Shown here in pieces: positions 38,139 to 47,313 of a stretch of 64,000 bases of DNA. The stretch is from positions 4,078 through 68,077 of the forward strand of contig CAYSAZ010000001.1 of assembly GCA_964429065.1 (NCBI GenBank), in the 5' to 3' direction. Every line of letters begins with the position of its first letter. Within the stretch, counting starts at the first letter, position 1. Below the pieces are notes generated by a model. The model made no database searches. It was not told where the DNA came from and was given only the letters and a program-made list of their open reading frames with translations. The position numbers were made by a program, and so were the translations under genes. The stretch comes from an uncultured Rhodobacterales bacterium. Lineage in GTDB: Bacteria; Pseudomonadota; Alphaproteobacteria; Rhodobacterales; Rhodobacteraceae.

Positions 38139-39485
38139 ATGTCAGAAGACGCATCGCAGTGGCTGAAGGGTCACCCAGATTTAGCCAGTGTTCGAGCCGC
38201 TGTTGTCGATCTGAATGGTGTGTGGCGTGGCAAGCGTCTTCCTGTTGGGCAGGCGGAAAAACTGTTAAGCGAGGGCGCACGCATGCCTTTATCAATCACC
38301 ACGGTTGATATTTGGGGCACGGATACGCAGAATAACCCACTGATTTTTGACACTGGTGATGGCGATGGTTTTGCGCGCCCGACAGGCAGAGGTATTTTGC
38401 CAATGGACTGGCTGGCACATCCAACTGCGATGGTGCCGTTATGGATGTCGCTTGAGGATGGTTCACCCTCACCAGTTGATCCACGCCAGATTTTAGCGCG
38501 CGTTATTGATCGCTACCAGGCCGCTGGTCTTAAATGTGTAACGGCGATGGAGCTGGAGTTTTACATCACTGACCCGGCGCAAAACCGCCCGAATGCGCCG
38601 ATATCACCGTTAACGCAACGGCGTCTTGACGGCGACGGGGTGCTGTCAATTGATGATATTGACCAGTTTGAGGGGTTCTTTGGCGATGTATATGCTGCGT
38701 GCGATGCGCATGGTGTGGCCGTCGATGCGGCGATCTCGGAAAATGGCGCCGGGCAGTTCGAGGTGAACCTCATGCACTGCGATGATCCCTTAAAAATCGC
38801 CGATGACGCCACGTTTTTCAAGAGGTTTGTCAAAGGGATAGCGCGTAAACACGGGTTTGCGGGCACGTTCATGGCAAAGCCATATCAGGACCGGGCCGGC
38901 AGTGGTCTGCATGTGCATTTCAGCATTTTAGACAAAGAGGGCAACAATATTTTCGACAATGGCAGTGATGAGGGGGCGCCGGTTTTAGGCCATGCGGTCA
39001 ACGGATTGCTGCACGCGATGCCTGAATCCTCGCTGATTTTTGCCCCGCACCTGAATTCCTATCGTCGTATGGCCCCGGGCACGCATGCGCCGACCGGAAT
39101 TTGCTGGGGTTATGAGAACCGCACAGCGGCTATTCGTATCCCCGGCGGCCCTGTGAAAGCGCGGCGCATCGAGCATCGAGTGGCAGGGGCGGATGCGAAT
39201 CCTTATCTGGTTTTGGCCGCGGTTTTGGGGGCTGCGCTGACAGGTATCGAGGTTGGACAAAATCCGGTTAACCCGATTTCTGGGAATGCATATGACATGA
39301 ATTTAGTGCAATTGCCATCAGACTGGGGGCAGGCAATAAGCTTATTTGAAAACGGAAAGACCAACGCGACGATTTACCCCGATTTGATGCGCGAGGTCTA
39401 TGTACTGGCAAAACACCAGGAATTACAAAAATTTACATCCAGAATGAGTGATTTTGAAATTGCCACATATCTGGAAACCGTGTGA
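38139..39485 (+). CDS. Glutamine synthetase-family protein (gamma-glutamyl-polyamine synthetase-like)
   Basis: ATG at 38139 after GAGAGGGA. GS catalytic domain (MELEFYI, NSYRR, ENRTAAIRIP). Confidence 0.8.
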   Translation: MSEDASQWLKGHPDLASVRAAVVDLNGVWRGKRLPVGQAEKLLSEGARMPLSITTVDIWGTDTQNNPLIFDTGDGDGFARPTGRGILPMDWLAHPTAMVPLWMSLEDGSPSPVDPRQILARVIDRYQAAGLKCVTAMELEFYITDPAQNRPNAPISPLTQRRLDGDGVLSIDDIDQFEGFFGDVYAACDAHGVAVDAAISENGAGQFEVNLMHCDDPLKIADDATFFKRFVKGIARKHGFAGTFMAKPYQDRAGSGLHVHFSILDKEGNNIFDNGSDEGAPVLGHAVNGLLHAMPESSLIFAPHLNSYRRMAPGTHAPTGICWGYENRTAAIRIPGGPVKARRIEHRVAGADANPYLVLAAVLGAALTGIEVGQNPVNPISGNAYDMNLVQLPSDWGQAISLFENGKTNATIYPDLMREVYVLAKHQELQKFTSRMSDFEIATYLETV

Positions 39486-39556
39486 AAAATCAAAAGGCTT
39501 GCTTTGCCTTTGCAAACAGGTGTCAAATCATCCATCAGTTTCAAGGGGGGAACGTA

Positions 39557-40645
39557 ATGAGAAATAAAATAATATGGCTTGCCGCAACGGTATTAATTGC
39601 CAATCCGCTGGCCGCGCAGGACAAGGTTGTGAATGTCTACAACTGGTCTGATTATATCGCCGAGGACACGGTTGAGAAATTTGAGGCAGCAACCGGGATC
39701 AAGGTTGTTTATGATGTTTATGACAGCAATGAAGTGCTGGAGGCGAAAATGCTAACCGGCAGTTCTGGTTATGATATTGTGGTGCCGACTTCGGACTTTC
39801 TGCAACGCCAAATTGCGGCTGGTGCGTATCAGGCGCTTGATAAATCAAAATTGCCGAACCTTGCCAATATGGACGCGGACCTGATGGCCGGTGCCAGCGT
39901 TTATGACCCGGATAATACGTATGCGACGATCTATATGTGGGGAACCACGGGCATTGGCTATAATGCCGCTGCAATTGCCGAGCGTCTGGGTGCGGATTAC
40001 GAGGTTAACAGTTGGTCACTGGTCTTTGATCCCGAAGTGGTGGCCAAACTGGCGGATTGCGGTGTCTCATTTCTGGATGCTCCGACAGAAATGATACCCG
40101 CCGCCATGAGCTATCTGGGCCTTGATCCGCGCTCTATGGATGTGGCTGATCTGGAAAAGGGCGCGCAATTGTTGGAAAATATTCGTGGTAGCATCCGGTA
40201 TTTCCATTCCTCGCAATATATCAATGACTTAGCCAATGGTGATACCTGCGTGGCCGTTGGCTGGTCGGGCGATATTTTCCAGGCGATGGCGCGGGCTGAA
40301 GAGGCTGAAAATGGCGTTGAAATCGGTTATGTGATCCCTGATGAAGGCGCGTTGCAATGGTTTGATATGATGGCGATTCCAATTGATGCGCCACATCCCG
40401 ATGCCGCGCACCAGTTCATTAACTATATTATGGATGCCCAGATTACGGCCGATATTACCAATTATGTTTGGTATGCCAATGGCAATGCGGCCTCTATGCC
40501 GTTGGTTGACGAAGAAATCACCTCTGATCCTGGGATATTCCCGACCGATGCCGCCAAGGAACGTTTGTGGGGTGCACAAGTTTATGACGCACGTACAGAC
40601 CGCACAATTACGCGCCTTTGGACACGGGTGAAAACCGGGCAGTAA
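39557..40645 (+). CDS. potF: Polyamine (putrescine/spermidine-type) ABC transporter substrate-binding protein
   Basis: Signal peptide MRNKIIWLAATVLIANPLAA. VNVYNWSDYIAEDT is the PotD/PotF signature. Confidence 0.8.
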   Translation: MRNKIIWLAATVLIANPLAAQDKVVNVYNWSDYIAEDTVEKFEAATGIKVVYDVYDSNEVLEAKMLTGSSGYDIVVPTSDFLQRQIAAGAYQALDKSKLPNLANMDADLMAGASVYDPDNTYATIYMWGTTGIGYNAAAIAERLGADYEVNSWSLVFDPEVVAKLADCGVSFLDAPTEMIPAAMSYLGLDPRSMDVADLEKGAQLLENIRGSIRYFHSSQYINDLANGDTCVAVGWSGDIFQAMARAEEAENGVEIGYVIPDEGALQWFDMMAIPIDAPHPDAAHQFINYIMDAQITADITNYVWYANGNAASMPLVDEEITSDPGIFPTDAAKERLWGAQVYDARTDRTITRLWTRVKTGQ

Positions 40646-40653
40646 AATTATAT

Positions 40654-40674
40654 GGGGCGCTGTGATGGCGCCCC
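40654..40674 (+). other. Intercistronic GC-rich stem-loop after the binding-protein gene
   Basis: GGGGCGC (40654-40660) pairs with GCGCCCC (40668-40674), with a 7-nt loop and no T-run. Confidence 0.5.
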
Positions 40675-40691
40675 GACAGCCAAGGATACCT

Positions 40692-41825
40692 ATGTCAGAA
40701 CAGCTAACAGCTTGTGAACGTCGCCCCTGGATTGAGGGGGTGGAAACGCCGTTTATCCGTATCAAAAATATCACCAAGAATTTCGATGATTTCGCAGCTG
40801 TGGATGATGTCAGCCTGGATATTTACAAGGGTGAATTATTTTGTCTGCTTGGTGGATCAGGCTGTGGAAAATCCACCTTGTTGCGCATGCTTGCAGGGTT
40901 TGAGGCACCCACATCGGGGCACATTGAAATTGACGGGCAGGATATGGCCGGGGTTTCGGCGAACTTGCGGCCTACCAATATGATGTTTCAATCCTACGCG
41001 CTTTTCCCCCATATGTCGGTTGAACACAACATTGCCTACGGGCTGCTGCGCGAGGGGGTCTCAAAGCCCGAGGCGATGGCGCGGGTTGCGGATATGTTAA
41101 CACTGGTCAAGCTCAGCGATTTTGCCAGTCGCAAGCCACATCAACTGTCTGGCGGGCAACAACAACGGGTGGCTTTGGCGCGCTCTTTGGTCAAGCGGCC
41201 AAAGTTGCTGCTGCTTGATGAACCGCTTGGCGCGCTTGATAAAAAACTGCGTGAGGAAACGCAATTTGAGCTGATCCAGATTCAGGAAAGCCTCGGTGTG
41301 ACCTTCATTGTTGTTACCCACGATCAAGAAGAGGCGATGACCCTTTCCACCCGCATTGGCGTGATGGATGCCGGAAAAATCGTACAAATTGGCGAACCGC
41401 CACAGATTTACGAGGCTCCGGATACCAAATTCGTTGCGGATTTTATCGGTTCGGTGAACATGTTTGAAGGCGCGGTTGACGTGGCCGTGGCTGATACCTT
41501 GCGGGTGAAAGCCAGCGATGCCGGAATTGATCTGGTGGTGAACACCCATCAAAACGTTAACGCGCATCAGAAAGTCTGGGTTGCCGTGCGCCCGGAACGC
41601 ATTGTCATCAGCCGCGATAAACCCAAGGCCGATAATGTCGTCAAAGGCATGGTTGAGGAGGTGGCCTATCTGGGAAACCTGTCGGTTTACCGTGTGCGCC
41701 TTGGCACTGGGAAAATCCTGAAAATCACGAAATCCAACCGTCTGCACGATGGTGCCGCGATTAAGTGGGACGAGGACGTTTACCTAAGTTGGAGCACCGC
41801 CGCCGGTGTTGTGTTAACCAAATGA
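40692..41825 (+). CDS. potG: Polyamine ABC transporter ATP-binding protein
   Basis: Walker A GGSGCGKST, LSGGQQQRVALAR, Walker B LLLDEP. ATG at 40692 after AAGGA. Earlier starts fall inside the hairpin. Confidence 0.85.
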   Translation: MSEQLTACERRPWIEGVETPFIRIKNITKNFDDFAAVDDVSLDIYKGELFCLLGGSGCGKSTLLRMLAGFEAPTSGHIEIDGQDMAGVSANLRPTNMMFQSYALFPHMSVEHNIAYGLLREGVSKPEAMARVADMLTLVKLSDFASRKPHQLSGGQQQRVALARSLVKRPKLLLLDEPLGALDKKLREETQFELIQIQESLGVTFIVVTHDQEEAMTLSTRIGVMDAGKIVQIGEPPQIYEAPDTKFVADFIGSVNMFEGAVDVAVADTLRVKASDAGIDLVVNTHQNVNAHQKVWVAVRPERIVISRDKPKADNVVKGMVEEVAYLGNLSVYRVRLGTGKILKITKSNRLHDGAAIKWDEDVYLSWSTAAGVVLTK

Positions 41826-42712
41826 GGGGGCTGCTGGCCCGTCTTGGCTTGAACGGTCGCACGCTGGTAATCGCCGTGCCAATGGTCTGGCTTTTGGTGT
41901 TTTTCCTGATTCCGTTTCTGGTGGTTTTAAAGATCTCAGTGGCTGAACCGCTGATTGCCCGCCCGCCCTATTCGCCGCTGTTTGTTAATGGCACGATCAA
42001 GGCGACGTTCAGCAATTACGCTTACTTGTGGCAGGACGCGCTTTATATCAATGCCTATCTGTCCTCGATCAAAATTGCGTTTTTTGCGACCGTTCTGGCG
42101 CTGCTGATCGGGTATCCGATGGCCTATTATATTGCGCGTAGCGTTGAACCGAAACGCTCCTTGCTGCTGCTGTTGATCGTGCTGCCGTTCTGGACCTCGT
42201 TTTTACTGCGGGTCTATGCGTGGATAGGTATTCTGAAAACCAAGGGTATCTTGAACCTGATCCTGATGAAAATCGGCATTATCAGCGAGCCTCTGATTAT
42301 TATGCAAACCGATATCGCCGTTTATATCGGCATTGTTTACACCTATTTACCGTTTATGATCCTGCCGCTTTATGCCAATCTGGTCAAGCTTGATCACACA
42401 TTTCTGGAGGCCTCAGCAGATCTTGGGGCCAGACCTTTTACGACGTTTATAAAGATCACATTGCCGTTGTCTTTGCCTGGCATTATCGCAGGCTCGATGC
42501 TGGTTTTCATCCCCGCCATAGGGGAATTTGTTATCCCCGCGTTGTTGGGCGGGCCTGACACATTGATGATTGGTAAAATCCTGTGGTCCGAGTTCTTTTC
42601 CAACCGCGACTGGCCGGTTGCCTCGGCTGTGGCCATTGCCATGCTGGTGTTGCTGGTCATCCCGATTATGCTGTTGCGCATGGCTGAAGCTAAGCAGGGG
42701 GGGGCGACATGA
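41822..42712 (+). CDS. potH: Polyamine ABC transporter permease
   Basis: ATGA overlap with potG. 6-TM permease with an EAA-like loop (EASADLGARPF). Confidence 0.8.
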   Translation: MRGLLARLGLNGRTLVIAVPMVWLLVFFLIPFLVVLKISVAEPLIARPPYSPLFVNGTIKATFSNYAYLWQDALYINAYLSSIKIAFFATVLALLIGYPMAYYIARSVEPKRSLLLLLIVLPFWTSFLLRVYAWIGILKTKGILNLILMKIGIISEPLIIMQTDIAVYIGIVYTYLPFMILPLYANLVKLDHTFLEASADLGARPFTTFIKITLPLSLPGIIAGSMLVFIPAIGEFVIPALLGGPDTLMIGKILWSEFFSNRDWPVASAVAIAMLVLLVIPIMLLRMAEAKQGGAT

Positions 42713-43503
42713 AACGCAGCATTTTCCTGCCCGTGGTGGCATTTATCGGGTTTTTGTTCCTCTATATACCCATCGTTTCCCTGGTGATTTTCAGCTTTAA
42801 CAAAAGCAAGCTGGTAACGGTCTGGGGGGGCTGGTCAACCAAATGGTATGGCGAGCTGTTACATGATCCACAAATTCTTGGTGCCGCCTGGATCAGCCTG
42901 AAAATCGGGGTGCTTAGCGCGACACTGGCCACCGTTCTTGGCACAATTGCCGCCATGGTGTTAACCCGTTTCGGGCGCCTGCGCGGGCGTGGCTTGCTGA
43001 CCGGCATGGTCACCGCCCCGTTGGTCATGCCCGAGGTTATAACCGGGCTGTCGCTGTTGTTATTATTCGTTACCATGGAGGCAATATTCGGCTGGCCTGC
43101 CGGGCGTGGCATGCTAACGATCATCATTGCCCACACCACATTTTGCATGGCTTATGTGGCGGTGGTGGTGCAATCACGGCTGGTCGATATGGATGACGAC
43201 ATTGAGGAAGCCGCGGCAGACCTTGGCGCGCGCCCGTTGCGGGTGTTTTTCGATATCACCCTGCCGATGATCGCTCCGGCGCTGATTTCAGGCTGGTTGC
43301 TGTCGTTCACCCTGTCGCTCGACGATCTGGTGATTGCCAGTTTCGTGTCTGGCCCGGGCGCCAGTACCTTGCCGATGGTGATTTTCTCCAAGGTCCGCCT
43401 TGGCGTTAGCCCCGATATTAATGCACTGGCGACGTTGATTGTGCTAACGGTAGCAATTGGTATATCAATCGCGTGGTTTTTCATGCGTAAAAAGGTGAAA
43501 TGA
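42709..43503 (+). CDS. potI: Polyamine ABC transporter permease
   Basis: 4-nt overlap with potH. EAAADLGARPL loop. Confidence 0.8.
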   Translation: MKRSIFLPVVAFIGFLFLYIPIVSLVIFSFNKSKLVTVWGGWSTKWYGELLHDPQILGAAWISLKIGVLSATLATVLGTIAAMVLTRFGRLRGRGLLTGMVTAPLVMPEVITGLSLLLLFVTMEAIFGWPAGRGMLTIIIAHTTFCMAYVAVVVQSRLVDMDDDIEEAAADLGARPLRVFFDITLPMIAPALISGWLLSFTLSLDDLVIASFVSGPGASTLPMVIFSKVRLGVSPDINALATLIVLTVAIGISIAWFFMRKKVK

Positions 43504-44462
43504 TGCAAGGTGATCAGGCATTCCGGGCCAAGGGCAACAATGAACGCTGGGCAGAGATGACCTATGGCGGGGCGCTCAGTTTTCTGCGCCGCCGTTATAG
43601 CCGTGACCTTAACGGGGTTGATGTCGTGGTGTCCGGCGTGCCTTATGACAGCGCCGTTACCTATCGTTCGGGCTGCCGTTTGGGGCCGCGCGCTATCCGC
43701 GAGGCCTCCGTGCAACTGGCCGAACTGCCGGCCTTTCCCTTTGGTTTTGACCCGTTTGAAACCCTCGCGGTGATCGACTGGGGGGATTGTATGCTCAACC
43801 CGCATGACGCGGCATCGGTGCCGGTGGATATTGCGGCCCATGCGGCTGAAATCCTGAAAAGTGGCGCAAAAATGCTAACCTTTGGGGGTGATCATTTCGT
43901 GGCCTATCCGTTGTTGAAAGCGCATGCCGAAAAATACGGCCCCATTGCCCTGATCCAGTTTGACGCCCATTGTGATACATGGGAAGATCACGGCGGGGTT
44001 GATCATGGCACCATGTTTGGCCGCGCCGCTGCCGAGGGGATCATTGATGTGAGCAAATCCACGCAAATCGGTCTGCGCACCTATAATGACAGCGATCACG
44101 GCTTTGAAATCCTGACCGCCCCTTGGGTGCATCGCCACGGTGTTGACGCAGCCCTCGACATTATCAAAACCCGTGCAGGGGATGCGCCGGTCTATATTTC
44201 GTTTGATGTGGACGGGCTTGATCCGGCCTTTGCGCCGGGCACCGGAACGCCCGTGATGGGGGGACTTGCAAGTTGGCAGGCATTGGAATTGATCCGCGGG
44301 CTGGGCGCGCTTAATCTGGTTGGCATGGACGTGGTTGAGGTCTCTCCACCTTATGACCACGCCGAAATTACCGCCCTTGCGGGCGCAACGGTGGCACATG
44401 ACTGGCTGTGTTTATTGGCTGAGAAAAAGGGTGCTATAGCTAAACCTGTCGGGCGGTTGTAA
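43500..44462 (+). CDS. Ureohydrolase (agmatinase / guanidino-acid hydrolase family)
   Basis: ATGA overlap with potI. Arginase-fold Mn ligand motifs GGDH, DAHCD, SFDVDGLDP. Confidence 0.85.
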   Translation: MMQGDQAFRAKGNNERWAEMTYGGALSFLRRRYSRDLNGVDVVVSGVPYDSAVTYRSGCRLGPRAIREASVQLAELPAFPFGFDPFETLAVIDWGDCMLNPHDAASVPVDIAAHAAEILKSGAKMLTFGGDHFVAYPLLKAHAEKYGPIALIQFDAHCDTWEDHGGVDHGTMFGRAAAEGIIDVSKSTQIGLRTYNDSDHGFEILTAPWVHRHGVDAALDIIKTRAGDAPVYISFDVDGLDPAFAPGTGTPVMGGLASWQALELIRGLGALNLVGMDVVEVSPPYDHAEITALAGATVAHDWLCLLAEKKGAIAKPVGRL

Positions 44463-44472
44463 AGGAAAAACC

Positions 44473-45840
44473 ATGGCACGAAAATCAATGGATTTTGTCA
44501 CAAAATTCCCTCCTGCCACCCGCGAGTGGCTGGATGGTCGCCGGATTGAAGAGGTGGAATGTATCATCGCCGATTTCGTCGGTATGTCACGCGGCAAGGC
44601 CATGCCTGCCGCAACGTTCAACCGCTCGGAAAGCATGTTTTTGCCACAATCCATCATGTATCAAACCATCGCCGGTGATTACGTTGATATGGAAATCGAA
44701 AATCAGTGGATAGAGGCTGATATGGTTTTGCAACCTGATTACGCAACGGCCGTGGCAGCCCCCTGGGCCGATGATGTGACCATTCAGGTAATCCACGATG
44801 TGTTTGATACTAAAGGGAAACCTGTGCCGATAATTCCACGCAATGTGCTGAAACGGGTGCTGGGTTTATATCAGGCCGAGGGTTGGACGCCTGTCGTTGC
44901 CCCCGAGATCGAATTTTACCTCACCAAACCCAACATCGACCCTGCACAGCCGATTGAACCGCCCATTGGCCGCACGGGGCGTCGTGTGGTTTCGCGTCAA
45001 GCTTATTCCATGGCAGCGGTTGATGAATACGGGCAGGTTATCGATGATATCTACGATTTTGCTGAGGCGCAGGGCTACGAAATTGACACAATCATTCAGG
45101 AAGGCGGGGCCGGGCAGATTGAGATTAATCTGGTGCACGGCGACCCGGTACAACTGGCCGATCAGGTGTTTTATTTCAAACGTCTGATCCGTGAGGCGGC
45201 GCTGCGCAATGACTGTTTTGCAACCTTCATGGCCAAACCGATGCAGGATGAGCCGGGCAGTGCCATGCATATCCACCAGTCGGTTCTGGACAGTAAAGGC
45301 CAAAATATTTTCAGCGATGCAGATGGTCAGGAGACCGAACTTTTTTACAACTTCATCGCAGGCCAACAGACATATATCCCTCATGCAATCTGTTTTTTTG
45401 CACCTTATGTGAATTCCTATCGCCGGTTTGTCGCCTCGGGGTCTGCGCCGATAAATCTGGAATGGGGCGCGGATAATCGCACAACGGGCATCCGCATTCC
45501 GATCTCAACCCCTGCGGCGCGCCGGGTTGAAAACCGTGTTGTCGGGATGGATTCAAACCCATATCTCGCGCTGGCTACGTCACTGGCTTGTGGATATCTG
45601 GGGATGAAAAAAGCCCTCACCCCTCGTGCGGCCCTAAAAGGCGAAGCTTACGACGAGCCACGTGCCTTACCGCGCAGCTTAATGGAGGGGCTTGATTTAT
45701 TTGAAGGCGCGCCAGAGTTGGCTGAGGTTCTCGGGGGCGAGTTTTGTCAGGTTTACACGGCCATAAAACGCCATGAAGCTGAGGCATTCCTGGAGGTCAT
45801 TAGCCCGTGGGAACGTGAACATCTGTTACTGAACGTCTGA
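44473..45840 (+). CDS. Glutamine synthetase-family protein (second gamma-glutamyl-amine synthetase-like paralog)
   Basis: 455 aa. PEIEFYL, NSYRR, DNRTTGIRIP. Confidence 0.8.
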   Translation: MARKSMDFVTKFPPATREWLDGRRIEEVECIIADFVGMSRGKAMPAATFNRSESMFLPQSIMYQTIAGDYVDMEIENQWIEADMVLQPDYATAVAAPWADDVTIQVIHDVFDTKGKPVPIIPRNVLKRVLGLYQAEGWTPVVAPEIEFYLTKPNIDPAQPIEPPIGRTGRRVVSRQAYSMAAVDEYGQVIDDIYDFAEAQGYEIDTIIQEGGAGQIEINLVHGDPVQLADQVFYFKRLIREAALRNDCFATFMAKPMQDEPGSAMHIHQSVLDSKGQNIFSDADGQETELFYNFIAGQQTYIPHAICFFAPYVNSYRRFVASGSAPINLEWGADNRTTGIRIPISTPAARRVENRVVGMDSNPYLALATSLACGYLGMKKALTPRAALKGEAYDEPRALPRSLMEGLDLFEGAPELAEVLGGEFCQVYTAIKRHEAEAFLEVISPWEREHLLLNV

Positions 45841-47141
45841 TGGATATCTTAACGATTAACGATGCCGCTGGCGGCTACCCTGCGTCTTATTATAGAGATA
45901 CCGCATATTTTTTGCCACAATTCTCCCCGCTTGCAGAGGCGCAAACTTGTGATGTTTGTGTCATTGGTGGTGGTTATACCGGTTTGTCCACGGCACTGCA
46001 TCTGGCGACACGCGGCTATGATGTGATTTTGCTGGAGGCACAGCGGCTGGGGTTTGGGGCATCAGGGCGCAATGGCGGGCAGGTTGGTTCGGGGCAGCGG
46101 CTTGAGCAGGATGAACTTGAAGCTTTGGTCGGGCGGGATCACGCGCACCAGCTTTGGGCGTTGGGCGAGCAAAGTAAATCAGCAGTTCAGGAACTGATCG
46201 CAAAACATTCTATAAATTGTGACTATAAATCCGGAGTCATACACGCCGAATTGAAATCTAAAAATCTGCGCTATACCTATGATTATGTTGAGAAATTGCA
46301 GAGGGAATACGGGTATGATCGGATTGAGGCTCTGGATGGTCCTGCCATTCGCGATGCTTTGGGGACGCAGGCCTATTGTGGCGGCTCGATAGATCTGGGG
46401 GCGGGGCATTTGCACCCTTTGAACTATGCGCTCGGCCTGGGACAGGCCTGCATTGATGCCGGGGTGCGGATATTTGAAAACACGCGGGTAAGCGCGATCA
46501 AGTGGGGTGAACCGGCCATTGTTGAAACTGGAAACGGGGATATTACCGCAGGTTTTGTGGCACTGGGCTGCAACGGATATCTGGGAGATATCGCGCCTCA
46601 GGTCGGCGCGCACGTGATGCCGATCAACAATTTTATCGTCGCAACTGAACCGCTGGGTCAAGAGCTGGCCAAAAGCCTGATCCGCGATGATGTAGCGGTG
46701 GCTGATAGCAAGTTCATTGTTAACTATTTCCGCCTGTCAACCGACCATCGGCTACTGTTTGGTGGCGGTGAGAGCTACGCTTACCGGTTTCCCAAAGACA
46801 TCACGGCCAAGGCGCGCGCACCGATGCTAGAAATCTTTCCGCAGCTCGAACATACAACCATAGATTTTGCTTGGGGCGGCACATTGGCGGTTACGATGAA
46901 TCGCATGCCGGATTTTCGACGGCTGACGCCAAATATCTTTTCAGCGTCAGGATATTCCGGCCACGGGGTGGCGATGGCGACGCTGGCGGGCGAATTGATG
47001 GCCGAAGCGATCAGCGGTACGGCAGAACGTTTTGATATCATGGCAAATGTTCCGATTCGCCGATTTCCCGGTGGAACGATATTGCGTTGGCCGCTTTTGG
47101 TCTTGGCGATGACTTGGTTCAGTTTACGTGACCGATTATGA
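45840..47141 (+). CDS. FAD-dependent oxidoreductase (gamma-glutamylputrescine oxidase PuuB-like)
   Basis: 1-nt overlap with the upstream gene. DVCVIGGGYTGLSTAL dinucleotide-binding motif. Confidence 0.78.
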   Translation: MDILTINDAAGGYPASYYRDTAYFLPQFSPLAEAQTCDVCVIGGGYTGLSTALHLATRGYDVILLEAQRLGFGASGRNGGQVGSGQRLEQDELEALVGRDHAHQLWALGEQSKSAVQELIAKHSINCDYKSGVIHAELKSKNLRYTYDYVEKLQREYGYDRIEALDGPAIRDALGTQAYCGGSIDLGAGHLHPLNYALGLGQACIDAGVRIFENTRVSAIKWGEPAIVETGNGDITAGFVALGCNGYLGDIAPQVGAHVMPINNFIVATEPLGQELAKSLIRDDVAVADSKFIVNYFRLSTDHRLLFGGGESYAYRFPKDITAKARAPMLEIFPQLEHTTIDFAWGGTLAVTMNRMPDFRRLTPNIFSASGYSGHGVAMATLAGELMAEAISGTAERFDIMANVPIRRFPGGTILRWPLLVLAMTWFSLRDRL

Positions 47142-47313
47142 AATTAAATTACGTCAGATTGACGATAGTTTCGTTAATTTGACCAATACGTATAGTAAAC
47201 TGTTGAATGCCGTTAATGTCTGGGGCAGGCTGCGTCGATGATCACCTTTTCGGTACGCGAATAATGTGTTCGTGTGTGGGTGAATCAAAAAAACAATCTA
47301 TGGAGGATGAAAA

